Positions 8,473-16,531 of a stretch of DNA of 64,000 bases are shown in pieces. A program made the position numbers and the translations under genes. The stretch is from IMG/VR virus record IMGVR_UViG_3300044972_002389, positions 124,001 through 188,000 of that record; one strand, 5' to 3'. Position 1 is the stretch's first letter. Each line of letters starts with the position of its first letter. The notes under the pieces were generated by a model. It worked only from the letters and a program-made list of their open reading frames with translations. It did no database searches and was not told the DNA's origin.

Positions 8473-9640
8473 CCGGCTGGCCATTTCAGGATGCCGCCAT
8501 GTCACGCCGCTTTCTCGTTACCGGAGGTGCCGGCTTCGTCGGCAGCCATCTCGTCGCCGCCCTGCTGGACCAAGGCGCGGAGGTGGTGGTGTTCGACAAC
8601 CTGCGCACCGGCCATCGCGAAGCCGTGCTCCCCGGCGCCACGCTGGTCACCGGCGCGCTGGAGGACCCCGATGCGATCGCGTCCGTGCTGGCGCAGGGGC
8701 CGTGGCATGCGGTGTTCCACTTCGCCGCGCTGTCGCTGGTGGGCGATTCCATGCGCGACCCGATCGGCTATCTCTCGGCCAATGTCGGCAACGGCCTGCG
8801 CCTGTTGGAGGCCTGCGTGAAGCACGGCGTGCCCCGCTTCGTGTTCTCCTCCACCGCCGCCCTGTTCGGCACGCCAGACCGCATGCCGATCGACGAGGAA
8901 ACCGCGATCGACCCCGGCTCACCCTACGGCGAAAGCAAATGGATGATGGAGCGCGCGCTGGGCTGGGCCGAACGCATCCACGGCATGCGCTCCGCCTGCC
9001 TGCGCTACTTCAACGCCGCCGGCGCCGACCCGCAGGGCCGCCTGGGCGAGGACCACACGCCGGAAACCCATCTGATCCCGTTGGCCATCGACGCCATGCT
9101 CGGCCGTCGCGCCGAACTCGCCGTGTTTGGCACCGATTACGACACGCCGGACGGCACCTGCATCCGCGACTACATCCATGTCACCGACCTCGCCGCCGCC
9201 CACCTCGCGGCGCTGGAGCGGCTGGACCACGCCAGCGTCACCTACAACCTCGGCACCGCCGCCGGGCATTCGGTGCTGGAGGTGATCCAGAGCGTGGAGC
9301 GCGTCAGCCGCCGCCCGGTGCCGCACCGCTTCGCCCCACGCCGCCCTGGCGACCCCGCCCGCCTTGTTGCCAGCCCGGCGCGGATCATGCGCGAAACCGG
9401 CTGGCAGCCGCGCCTCGCAGCACTGGATGACATCGTCGCCACCGCCCTGGCCTGGCGCGAAGCCCATCCGCGCGGCTACGGCGGATGAGTTACCGCATCC
9501 CGGCGCATCGGCCTGTGCGTGTTCTCAGAAGTGCATTTTTCACCTACTTATGTCCTCATCCGCCCAGCCGCCGCAGCGAGGACCGCCACGCCATGAGCCA
9601 GCCTGCCGCGACCACGGTCGCCAAGAACCTGGGCGCATGA
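8356..9640. other. Foreign high-GC (~70%) bacterial DNA segment
   Basis: Sampled 60-nt lines are about 75% GC against about 50% in the flanks; both ends cut genes; no transposase or terminal repeats seen. Confidence 0.9.
8499..9488 (+). CDS. galE: UDP-glucose 4-epimerase
   Basis: LVTGGAGFVGSH, FHFAALSLVGDS, FSSTAA, YGESK, LRYFNAAGA, GEDHTPETHLIP, DGTCIRDYIHV, YNLG. Confidence 0.97.
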   Translation: MSRRFLVTGGAGFVGSHLVAALLDQGAEVVVFDNLRTGHREAVLPGATLVTGALEDPDAIASVLAQGPWHAVFHFAALSLVGDSMRDPIGYLSANVGNGLRLLEACVKHGVPRFVFSSTAALFGTPDRMPIDEETAIDPGSPYGESKWMMERALGWAERIHGMRSACLRYFNAAGADPQGRLGEDHTPETHLIPLAIDAMLGRRAELAVFGTDYDTPDGTCIRDYIHVTDLAAAHLAALERLDHASVTYNLGTAAGHSVLEVIQSVERVSRRPVPHRFAPRRPGDPARLVASPARIMRETGWQPRLAALDDIVATALAWREAHPRGYGG

Positions 9641-9709
9641 CGCTGGAAGTCCTGCATGGAGTTTCCCAACCAAGAAACTTATCTGCAATGTTTGCTCACA
9701 TGGAGTTGA
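9641..9709 (+). pseudogene. 3' remnant of a Trp-rich family gene cut by the galE segment
   Basis: RWKSCMEFPNQETYLQCLLTWS* matches the family register. Confidence 0.65.
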
Positions 9710-9778
9710 CGGCATCTGTGAGTCTGTTGCGTGTGATACAATGTACCAACACCCTCTCTATGGACGGAGATAAAAAGG

Positions 9779-9806
9779 TTGACACAGTCTGTCTGTGCTG
9801 TATATT
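9779..9806 (+). promoter_or_regulatory. sigma70-type early promoter
   Basis: TTGACA-N16-TATATT. Confidence 0.7.
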
Positions 9807-9830
9807 GAAGCTACACAAGGAGAACAACAA

Positions 9831-10313
9831 ATGGAAGCCACGCCTGATCTAGCTGTCTACGTGCTGGCCCGAACTGATCTGCCCAGTATGAACCCAGGAA
9901 AGCTGGCTGCACAAGTACATCATGCTGGAACCCAGATGATGAGCCTATTTGCAGATCATCCACTAGTTCAACAGTATGTTGCCGACGGTGTCTCACAAGG
10001 TGCCTACTACTTCAACACCACAATTGTGCTGGGTGCCACAATGGACCAGCTTCATGGTCTGAGATGCACTTATGGTTGGGAATACCACCTCACTGTCAAG
10101 GGGTCAGTCGTCGACCCCAGCTACCCATTTTTTGTGGAAAATCAAGAGGTAGCTGATCTTGTTGCAGCTAATGGCAAGGCAGCTGTCATCAAAACCATGG
10201 ATGATGGGCGTGTGCTGATGACTCGCCAAGAGACCACTTGCATTTGGTGCCTTGTGGATCGCAACAAGCCCGAAGTTTCAGACATTCTAGGCCATCTCAA
10301 ACTCTATCCCTAA
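9831..10313 (+). CDS. Peptidyl-tRNA hydrolase type II (PTH2)-like protein
   Basis: VYVLARTDLPSMNPGKLAAQVHHA matches the PTH2 N-terminal signature; AAGGAG RBS. Confidence 0.7.
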   Translation: MEATPDLAVYVLARTDLPSMNPGKLAAQVHHAGTQMMSLFADHPLVQQYVADGVSQGAYYFNTTIVLGATMDQLHGLRCTYGWEYHLTVKGSVVDPSYPFFVENQEVADLVAANGKAAVIKTMDDGRVLMTRQETTCIWCLVDRNKPEVSDILGHLKLYP

Positions 10314-10331
10314 CAACAAAGGACACTGCCT

Positions 10332-10460
10332 GTGCTATTGCTGATTGAACTCATCGGTGCTCTGGTGCTCATTGGCGTATGTGCCTATGGTGCCAGCAAA
10401 CTGATCGAAAGTTTCTACGATCGCAACCGAACCCCTCCCGACCGCAAGGACCCCAACTGA
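10332..10460 (+). CDS. small single-pass membrane protein (42 aa, not in the ORF track)
   Basis: GTG start; LLLIELIGALVLIGVCAYGA hydrophobic stretch; abuts the SPFH gene. Confidence 0.6.
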   Translation: MLLLIELIGALVLIGVCAYGASKLIESFYDRNRTPPDRKDPN

Positions 10461-10461
10461 T

Positions 10462-11382
10462 ATGTGGAATCAACCTCCGCGTGACTCCAATCCTCGAATC
10501 AACCCTCTACAGGAGACTCCCCGAGTGAACGCTCGATTCATCGCTACCATGGTAGGTGGCGCAATGGCTGCTCTGCTGGCACTCACAGTGATCCTCGGCA
10601 GCTGGTACACAGTTGATGAGCGTCAGCGCGGTGTGCTGCTCCGCAACGGCAAGCTGGTGAGCGTGGTGCAGCCAGGGCTGGGATTCAAAATCCCCTTCAT
10701 CGACAATGTGGTGCTCATGAGCACCGAGACCGTCCTGCTGCGACTGGACAAGGAAGCGGTCTACAGCCGAGACCAGCAACCTGCAACTATCACCTTCTCG
10801 GTGAGCTGGCGTGTGAGCGAAGACAATGTGGACGATGTCTACAAGGAGTTTGGCGGGCTCCGAGGAGTTCAAGACCGTGTGATCCTGCCGGGTGTGCGTG
10901 ACGAGCTCAAGAACGTAATGGGTCGCTACAACGCAGTCACAGCGATTCAGGATCGCACCCGACTGGGCACAGATGTCAAGGCGGCCATTGTGGCCAACAT
11001 CAAAGGGCCGTTTGTGATCGAGAATCTGGCTATTGAAAACATTGATTTCAGTGACGCTTACGAAAAATCCATCGAACAGCGAATGCTCGCGGAGGTGGCT
11101 GTTGAAAGAGATCGACAGGATGCGATCCGAGAGAAGGTGCAGGCTGAAATTGTTGTAACCAAAGCGCAGGCCGAAGCTGATGCAGTCAAGGCACGAGCTG
11201 GAGCTGAAGCTGAAGCTATCCAACTGCGCGGCGAAGCTGAAGCCAAGGCCATCCGGGCCCGAGGCGATGCACTTCGCGCGAACGCAGAGCTAGTCACACT
11301 TACGGCTGCAGAGCGATGGGACGGTAAGCTCCCTACCACTATGGTCCCAGGTGCAGCACTGCCCTTTGTGCATGTGAAGTAA
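10462..11382 (+). CDS. SPFH/band-7/prohibitin domain membrane protein
   Basis: TM helix, then YTVDERQRGVLLRNGK, PGLGFKIPFID, coiled-coil AEAEA repeats, WDGKLP. Confidence 0.92.
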   Translation: MWNQPPRDSNPRINPLQETPRVNARFIATMVGGAMAALLALTVILGSWYTVDERQRGVLLRNGKLVSVVQPGLGFKIPFIDNVVLMSTETVLLRLDKEAVYSRDQQPATITFSVSWRVSEDNVDDVYKEFGGLRGVQDRVILPGVRDELKNVMGRYNAVTAIQDRTRLGTDVKAAIVANIKGPFVIENLAIENIDFSDAYEKSIEQRMLAEVAVERDRQDAIREKVQAEIVVTKAQAEADAVKARAGAEAEAIQLRGEAEAKAIRARGDALRANAELVTLTAAERWDGKLPTTMVPGAALPFVHVK

Positions 11383-11388
11383 TCAAAC

Positions 11389-11416
11389 AGAAAGGTGGGT
11401 GAAAGCTCACCTTTCT
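11389..11416 (+). terminator. stem-loop, probable terminator
   Basis: AGAAAGGTGGG-tgaaag-CTCACCTTTCT. Confidence 0.55.
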
Positions 11417-11418
11417 CC

Positions 11419-11446
11419 TTGACAAAAGTGTCAAACCCGCTAAATT
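11419..11446 (+). promoter_or_regulatory. sigma70-type early promoter
   Basis: TTGACA-N16-TAAATT preceded by GC. Confidence 0.65.
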
Positions 11447-11450
11447 ACAG

Positions 11451-11636
11451 ATGTTGATAAACCAAGTGAGCTATCCACACATGACCGAAGATCAGATTGA
11501 GCGTACCGTGGAACGTGCAACAGATCGCCTGGACGAGCGTTATATGCGAGGGGAGATCAGCCGGGCACGCTATGCTGATGAAGCTGACAAGCTGAGTACA
11601 TGGGCTGAACGCGAGTATCGCAGGGCGCGTCGGTGA
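11451..11636 (+). CDS. hypothetical protein
   Basis: ORF behind a promoter; GTGA overlap with the next gene. Confidence 0.6.
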   Translation: MLINQVSYPHMTEDQIERTVERATDRLDERYMRGEISRARYADEADKLSTWAEREYRRARR

Positions 11637-11974
11637 AATTGGGACAACACCTACACCAACGCCAAATGCTGTTGGATCAAGAGCTGTTGAGAACCACGTT
11701 GTTGGCAGTGCAACGTGAGCGAGAACGTGTGCATGACCAGCACTATGATCTGGAACGCTTTAAAAGCCAGATCATCAGTTGTGTTTTGGAAAATCGGCCC
11801 ATGCTCATGTTTACTCCTGGAAATAACTGGACTGACCCTCAAAATCCTGAACACCCTCCACGTTTTGTGTGCCATCGAGACCACAAGTTATGGCAAGAGT
11901 TCCTAGTTTGGTTGGAAAGTGAACACATGGAAATCCAATACCATGGATGGAATTTCACTGTGATAGCCAAGTGA
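11633..11974 (+). CDS. hypothetical protein
   Basis: GTGA-coupled on both sides. Confidence 0.65.
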   Translation: MKLGQHLHQRQMLLDQELLRTTLLAVQRERERVHDQHYDLERFKSQIISCVLENRPMLMFTPGNNWTDPQNPEHPPRFVCHRDHKLWQEFLVWLESEHMEIQYHGWNFTVIAK

Positions 11975-12255
11975 CAGAAGACAGAGTCTTCCACAATGCG
12001 CTGCTTTTGTTTCCCAAAGATCTTTTCTGCTGCTCTGTTACACTTGGCGAGGAATACTACCGCCAACAATACGAAATCTTGGATTGGCTACGCCAACAAG
12101 GACCTGGTGACACTGGAATTGGTGATCCACCACAAGGTGAGTGCGTTTGGGCATATACACAGCTTTTTGGATACCAGTATATCGCTTTCCCCACTAGGGA
12201 ACTGGTGACGCATTTTCAGCTGGTTTGGCAAAACAACACAGGACATAGTGGTTGA
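11971..12255 (+). CDS. Trp-rich small protein family member
   Basis: WLRQQGP ... FPTRELVTHFQLVW. Confidence 0.7.
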   Translation: MTEDRVFHNALLLFPKDLFCCSVTLGEEYYRQQYEILDWLRQQGPGDTGIGDPPQGECVWAYTQLFGYQYIAFPTRELVTHFQLVWQNNTGHSG

Positions 12256-13030
12256 CACGGATGTGCAGACTCTGTATGTTGTGGGTGTTGCAAAGGAGAC
12301 GGATATGCGAATTGATGTGCCCAGCATCGTAAATGATCCCCAGATGAGAACCTTGCCCTATTGGCTGGAGGTATATCCCAATCAGGATCAAGCTCGCCGG
12401 GCTCGAGCACTGGCTCGCAAGGCGTATGATCGCACACGGCTAGCTGAGGTGCAGCGTTGGCGCTGCTGCTGGTGTCACTGCGAGATGCGTGGCGAACAAG
12501 GCTTCAAGAACAGTGCCACCATTGAGCACATCACTCCTCGCAGTTGTGGTGGCACTGACCACATCACCAACTTGGCTGTGGCGTGTGGCCGATGCAACAA
12601 CCGTCGAGGCAACACGCCCTGGGAAGATTTCCTGCAGGCTATGGAAATGAGTCGGCCCGCGCCTGAGACTGGCAGCTTTCGCTCACTGGCTTTTGAACGT
12701 AAGATGCGCCGAGAGGCTGCTGAGCAGAACAAGCGCATCAAGCAGTTGACTCATTTGGTGCGCAACCACGAGGTGCAAGCCACTGCTACTCAAACGCGAC
12801 GCGAACAGTGCAAGTCACTGGAAGCCCAATACTCAGACATGCTGCCAGGATTGCAGCTGGCTGGTTTCCAACGAGCCAAGAGGATGCGTCGCGAAGTTGA
12901 CCGTCAACTGGCACTGCAAGCCCTCTCACAAAAGGTCAGCAACCCTTTTGAAGTGGACAGTCGGCCCTGGCGCATCTACGAGCGTATGCGTAACAAGCAG
13001 AGTGTTGACACACTGCAAGCAGCCGCTTAA
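12248..13030 (+). CDS. HNH endonuclease-domain protein with a long helical C-terminus
   Basis: CCWC...ATIEHITPRSCGGTDHITNLAVACGRCNNRRG. Confidence 0.85.
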   Translation: MVDTDVQTLYVVGVAKETDMRIDVPSIVNDPQMRTLPYWLEVYPNQDQARRARALARKAYDRTRLAEVQRWRCCWCHCEMRGEQGFKNSATIEHITPRSCGGTDHITNLAVACGRCNNRRGNTPWEDFLQAMEMSRPAPETGSFRSLAFERKMRREAAEQNKRIKQLTHLVRNHEVQATATQTRREQCKSLEAQYSDMLPGLQLAGFQRAKRMRREVDRQLALQALSQKVSNPFEVDSRPWRIYERMRNKQSVDTLQAAA

Positions 13031-13033
13031 ATA
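13028..13033 (+). promoter_or_regulatory. putative T4-type late promoter (TAAATA)
   Basis: TAAATA 5 nt before the ATG at 13039. Confidence 0.45.
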
Positions 13034-13038
13034 AGGTT

Positions 13039-13332
13039 ATGAAAAGGTTCCTTGTTGCATTCATGTTGCTGTCCTCCAGTCCCTGTTGGGCGCAAGGATA
13101 CCACTACCGCCCCTATGGCTATACTCCTGCGCCTCACTACCGCCACCATCACCATAACCACGGTGGCGGAAACTGGGTAGCCCCTCTTGTAGGGGGCATT
13201 GTTGGCGGTGCAGTGTTGGGCGCTATCATTGCACCAAACATCTATGCTCCTGCACCAGAGCCCATTTGCACTGATAGGCTAGTGGGATATGATGTTTATG
13301 GTCGTGCCGTTGTGGAACGTTTTTGTAGGTAA
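13039..13332 (+). CDS. secreted/membrane His-Tyr-Pro-rich protein with a glycine zipper
   Basis: Signal peptide MKRFLVAFMLLSSSPCWA; HHHHNHGGG; GGIVGGAVLGA. Confidence 0.7.
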   Translation: MKRFLVAFMLLSSSPCWAQGYHYRPYGYTPAPHYRHHHHNHGGGNWVAPLVGGIVGGAVLGAIIAPNIYAPAPEPICTDRLVGYDVYGRAVVERFCR

Positions 13333-13376
13333 AGTGTGCCTGCAGCCAGCACATCAATCATCCGAAAACAAACCAG

Positions 13377-13404
13377 TTGACAACCTTGCAAAACCTGCTA
13401 TAAC
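13377..13404 (+). promoter_or_regulatory. sigma70-type early promoter
   Basis: TTGACA-N16-TATAAC preceded by TGC. Confidence 0.75.
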
Positions 13405-13431
13405 TCACGCAACGCAACAGAGGATACAGCA

Positions 13432-14334
13432 ATGAGTCACTTCACCGTTATGGTTATTGGGCCTGACCATGAAGCCCAGCTTGCTCCCTACCACGAGTTT
13501 GAATGCACTGGTGTGGCAGACCAGTATGTGGTGGATGTGGACGTCACTGACAAGTTCCTTGCCGATATGAAAGATGCGGAGGAACATGCAGAGGAAGACC
13601 AATCTGCCCTTGACTATGCGCTGGAATATTACGGTTTTGAAGACCAGGTAGTTGAAGATGAGAGCGAAGTTGATCGAGAGGGTGAGCACAAGTTTGGATT
13701 TGTGGTGGTCCGGGACGGTGAGCTCGTCCGGGCTGTGAAGCGCACCAACCCCAACAAGCAGTGGGACTGGTACGAGGTTGGTGGGCGATGGACTGGCACG
13801 CTCAAGCTCAAGCCTGGTGCAAAGGGTGTGCAAGGCCGCCCTGGACTGGGAACCCAAGGAGCAAAACAAGGGTATGCTGACCAGGCGAGGATGGGAGACA
13901 TCGACTGGGCAGGCATGCGTGACGAGGCAGGCGAGAAGGCCGGAGTCTATTGGGATCGGGTGCGGGCACTTGCTCCAAATGTTTGGGAAAGCTGGGACAG
14001 TGTGATTTCACGCTTCCCCAGGGACACTGACGGTGCTCGAAATTTCTATCATAACCAAACGGGCAGGCAGGCCCTGCACCAAGCCAAAGACTTGTTTTGG
14101 TGTGAGGACTCGGTGCTGGTCGGCCGTGAAGAGTATGTGCAAACTGCTCGAGACAGTGCTGGCATGACCTTTGCATTTGTCAAGGACGGTGCGTGGATGG
14201 AGCGCGGCAGCATGGGCTGGTGGGGCATGAGCACAGACGACATGCCCAAGAGTGAGTGGTATGCTCGGATGAATGAGATGATCAACGGACTGCCCGAGGA
14301 CACACTGATCACCATTGTTGACTGCCACATCTAG
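13432..14334 (+). CDS. conserved hypothetical phage protein
   Basis: MSHFTVMVIG...NPNKQWDWYEVGGRW...IVDCHI pattern common in large phages. Confidence 0.75.
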   Translation: MSHFTVMVIGPDHEAQLAPYHEFECTGVADQYVVDVDVTDKFLADMKDAEEHAEEDQSALDYALEYYGFEDQVVEDESEVDREGEHKFGFVVVRDGELVRAVKRTNPNKQWDWYEVGGRWTGTLKLKPGAKGVQGRPGLGTQGAKQGYADQARMGDIDWAGMRDEAGEKAGVYWDRVRALAPNVWESWDSVISRFPRDTDGARNFYHNQTGRQALHQAKDLFWCEDSVLVGREEYVQTARDSAGMTFAFVKDGAWMERGSMGWWGMSTDDMPKSEWYARMNEMINGLPEDTLITIVDCHI

Positions 14335-14346
14335 CCAAAAAACGGG

Positions 14347-14374
14347 TTGACAGCCCTGAAAATCGTGCTATACT
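14347..14374 (+). promoter_or_regulatory. sigma70-type early promoter
   Basis: TTGACA-N16-TATACT preceded by TGC. Confidence 0.8.
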
Positions 14375-14402
14375 GCCCACAGTAGCTGGAAAGGCGCTGA
14401 AC

Positions 14403-15620
14403 ATGCACTACACGTTTCCCGAGATCACGCACCTGGATCAAGTGCTGGAAGCTGTCCAGGGTGTGGAAGGCTTCATTGTAGCCCAGCGGCCCTGGGGCAC
14501 TGTGGTCAACTACATTCAGATGGGCCCGGACATGTTCCCCGAGGTCCATACTGCTGGAGGCAGCGCCAGCATGCGCGAGCGGCAGACTCGACTCAAGGCT
14601 ATCCGCCGGGAGTGTAGGGGGCTGCTGTTCAGCCTTGATGGAAAGTTGGTGAGCCGCGCATTTCAGAAGTTTTGGAACGTGGGCGAACGGCGCGAGACTT
14701 TGATTGAAAACATCGATCTCACTCAGCCACACATCATCCTTGAGAAGTTGGATGGAAGTATGATTCGTGCTCTACCTCTAGGTAAGGGCTACTGTCTTGC
14801 AACCAAGATGGGGCCCACTGCTGTAGCAGCACAGGTTGAGCCGTTCGTGGCAACTCGAGACAACTATGACCGATTTATCCGAGACACACTGGAGCAGGGA
14901 TACACTGCCTGTTTCGAGTGGTGTACTCGTCAACAAAAGATTGTGTGTGATTATCCAGTTGATCGACTGGTGCTGACTGCTGTGCGTCACATCAACTCGG
15001 GTGAGTATCTCACCTACTCTCAGATGCAGGAACTGGCGGCCGAGTATGAGCTGGATCTAGTCAAGGCCTATCCTGGTACTGTGGCTAGCATGGAGCAGCT
15101 CGTTCGGGAGACGCATGAGCTGGAAGGCGAGGAGGGGTGGATCATCCGGTGGGATGATGGACATATGGCCAAGTTGAAATCGGCCTGGTATGTGCGTATC
15201 CACCGTGCCAAGGATGCTCTCACGCAGGAGAAGAACCTCATCGACCTCATGCTGGCGGAAAAGCTGGACGACGTCAAGAGCTTTCTGCCTGTGGAGGACC
15301 TGGCTCGCATCGACGCCTACGAGAACGCCTTCTGGACGGGTGTGGGGCAAACTGCCTACATATGGAAGGACCAGTATGTCAAGCTCCGGCGGCAGTTTGG
15401 TGACGATAGAAAGCGGTTTGCACTGGAGGCAGCACCGGGTCTTGAGCCCAACCTGCGTAGTGCTGTGTTCAAGGTCTGGGCCCGTGAGGGCCACGTGGAC
15501 TGGCGTGAGCTGGTGTGCGATGTGATCCGCAAATGCACTGGCACGCAGACCCGGGTGGACGAGGCACGCTCACTGTTCCGTGCGCCGCGGTGGAGCCAGC
15601 AAAGTGTGGGAGACGAATGA
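14403..15620 (+). CDS. T4 Rnl1-like RNA ligase
   Basis: FQKFWN, EKLDGSM, FEW, EGWII, AKLK. Confidence 0.9.
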   Translation: MHYTFPEITHLDQVLEAVQGVEGFIVAQRPWGTVVNYIQMGPDMFPEVHTAGGSASMRERQTRLKAIRRECRGLLFSLDGKLVSRAFQKFWNVGERRETLIENIDLTQPHIILEKLDGSMIRALPLGKGYCLATKMGPTAVAAQVEPFVATRDNYDRFIRDTLEQGYTACFEWCTRQQKIVCDYPVDRLVLTAVRHINSGEYLTYSQMQELAAEYELDLVKAYPGTVASMEQLVRETHELEGEEGWIIRWDDGHMAKLKSAWYVRIHRAKDALTQEKNLIDLMLAEKLDDVKSFLPVEDLARIDAYENAFWTGVGQTAYIWKDQYVKLRRQFGDDRKRFALEAAPGLEPNLRSAVFKVWAREGHVDWRELVCDVIRKCTGTQTRVDEARSLFRAPRWSQQSVGDE

Positions 15621-15811
15621 TGGCCTACAAAGGTGACACGGTGAAGTTTCGAGTGAGCAGTCCCAACGGCACTTGGCGCACAGTCTCCACGCTGGAAGAG
15701 GCTGAGCAAGAGATCAAAACTCTGGTGGACACCTATGGTGTGGCCTGGGCCGCAGTGGATAGGATTGAGACCACAAGGATCCTTGTTCGGCAAGTCAAGG
15801 CTGATGAGTGA
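15617..15811 (+). CDS. hypothetical protein
   Basis: ATGA-coupled to the ligase. Confidence 0.6.
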   Translation: MMAYKGDTVKFRVSSPNGTWRTVSTLEEAEQEIKTLVDTYGVAWAAVDRIETTRILVRQVKADE

Positions 15812-16031
15812 CTCTTACCTTGTAACTTTGGTAGCGCCTATGTGCGATGATTTTGATCAAGTGTGTGATTGGTGCATGCAACAATGGCCGTGTAAGGAGC
15901 GGCGCTGGCATATACACTGGGCTGGATTAACAACTAGAGGCAAGGGGTGGCAAATCACTTGCAGTTTCTGGCACCAAGATGATCTCACCATGTTCCTGCT
16001 CACATGGGCGCACCTGGTTGAATCTAGATAA
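15804..16031 (+). CDS. Trp-rich family member (tandem array unit 1)
   Basis: WCMQQWP ... FWHQDDLTMFLLTWAHLV. Confidence 0.85.
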   Translation: MSDSYLVTLVAPMCDDFDQVCDWCMQQWPCKERRWHIHWAGLTTRGKGWQITCSFWHQDDLTMFLLTWAHLVESR

Positions 16032-16044
16032 ACAGGCGATAGTG

Positions 16045-16284
16045 ATGGCTATACTGCCCTACACAGCCACATTGGTAGCACCCAAACTCCGGGAGCTTGA
16101 CCAAGTTCAGGAATGGTGCCTACAAATGTGGCCTTGTACTCATCGAGCCACATGGTATCAAGATAATATGACAATGCAAGTATTTGCAAGGTTTGAATTC
16201 AAATGCACCTGGAGTTTTCAGTTTCGAGAAGATCTCACCATGTTCCTGCTGACCTGGAGTCATTTGGTGGACAGCCATGAGTGA
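16045..16284 (+). CDS. Trp-rich family member (tandem array unit 2)
   Basis: WCLQMWP ... FQFREDLTMFLLTWSHLV. Confidence 0.85.
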   Translation: MAILPYTATLVAPKLRELDQVQEWCLQMWPCTHRATWYQDNMTMQVFARFEFKCTWSFQFREDLTMFLLTWSHLVDSHE

Positions 16285-16531
16285 TGCATATGTTGTGACA
16301 GTGATGGCTTACTCACTTGAAGAATTTATCCCAGTTTACAACTGGTGCTGCCGCATGTGGGGCGATACAAGCTTGTATCAGACTTGGTGTATGGGTTGGG
16401 CTAATTCAGATCTTTTGCGTGGAGTATATGTTTGCGATTGGGCTTTTCAACACAAGGATGATCTCATCATGTTTTTACTGACTTGGGGTCATTTGGTTGA
16501 CTCTAGCCAAGAGGCAGAAAGTTGTGAATGA
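16277..16531 (+). CDS. Trp-rich family member (tandem array unit 3)
   Basis: WCCRMWG ... FQHKDDLIMFLLTWGHLV. Confidence 0.85.
   Translation: MSDAYVVTVMAYSLEEFIPVYNWCCRMWGDTSLYQTWCMGWANSDLLRGVYVCDWAFQHKDDLIMFLLTWGHLVDSSQEAESCE

Noticed and set aside
8346-8498. ORF-track N-terminal extension of galE (380 aa)
   Set aside because: It crosses the phage/foreign junction; the Rossmann motif begins right after the ATG at 8499.
8297-9467. Long alternative-frame ORFs overlapping galE (8297-9430 +, 8919-9467 -, and others)
   Set aside because: Shadow ORFs expected in ~70% GC DNA; Arg/Pro/Gly-rich with no motifs, whereas the galE frame has every catalytic motif.
8356-9640. galE segment as an IS, transposon or integron cassette
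   Set aside because: No transposase or integrase, terminal inverted repeats, target-site duplication or attC-like palindrome seen.
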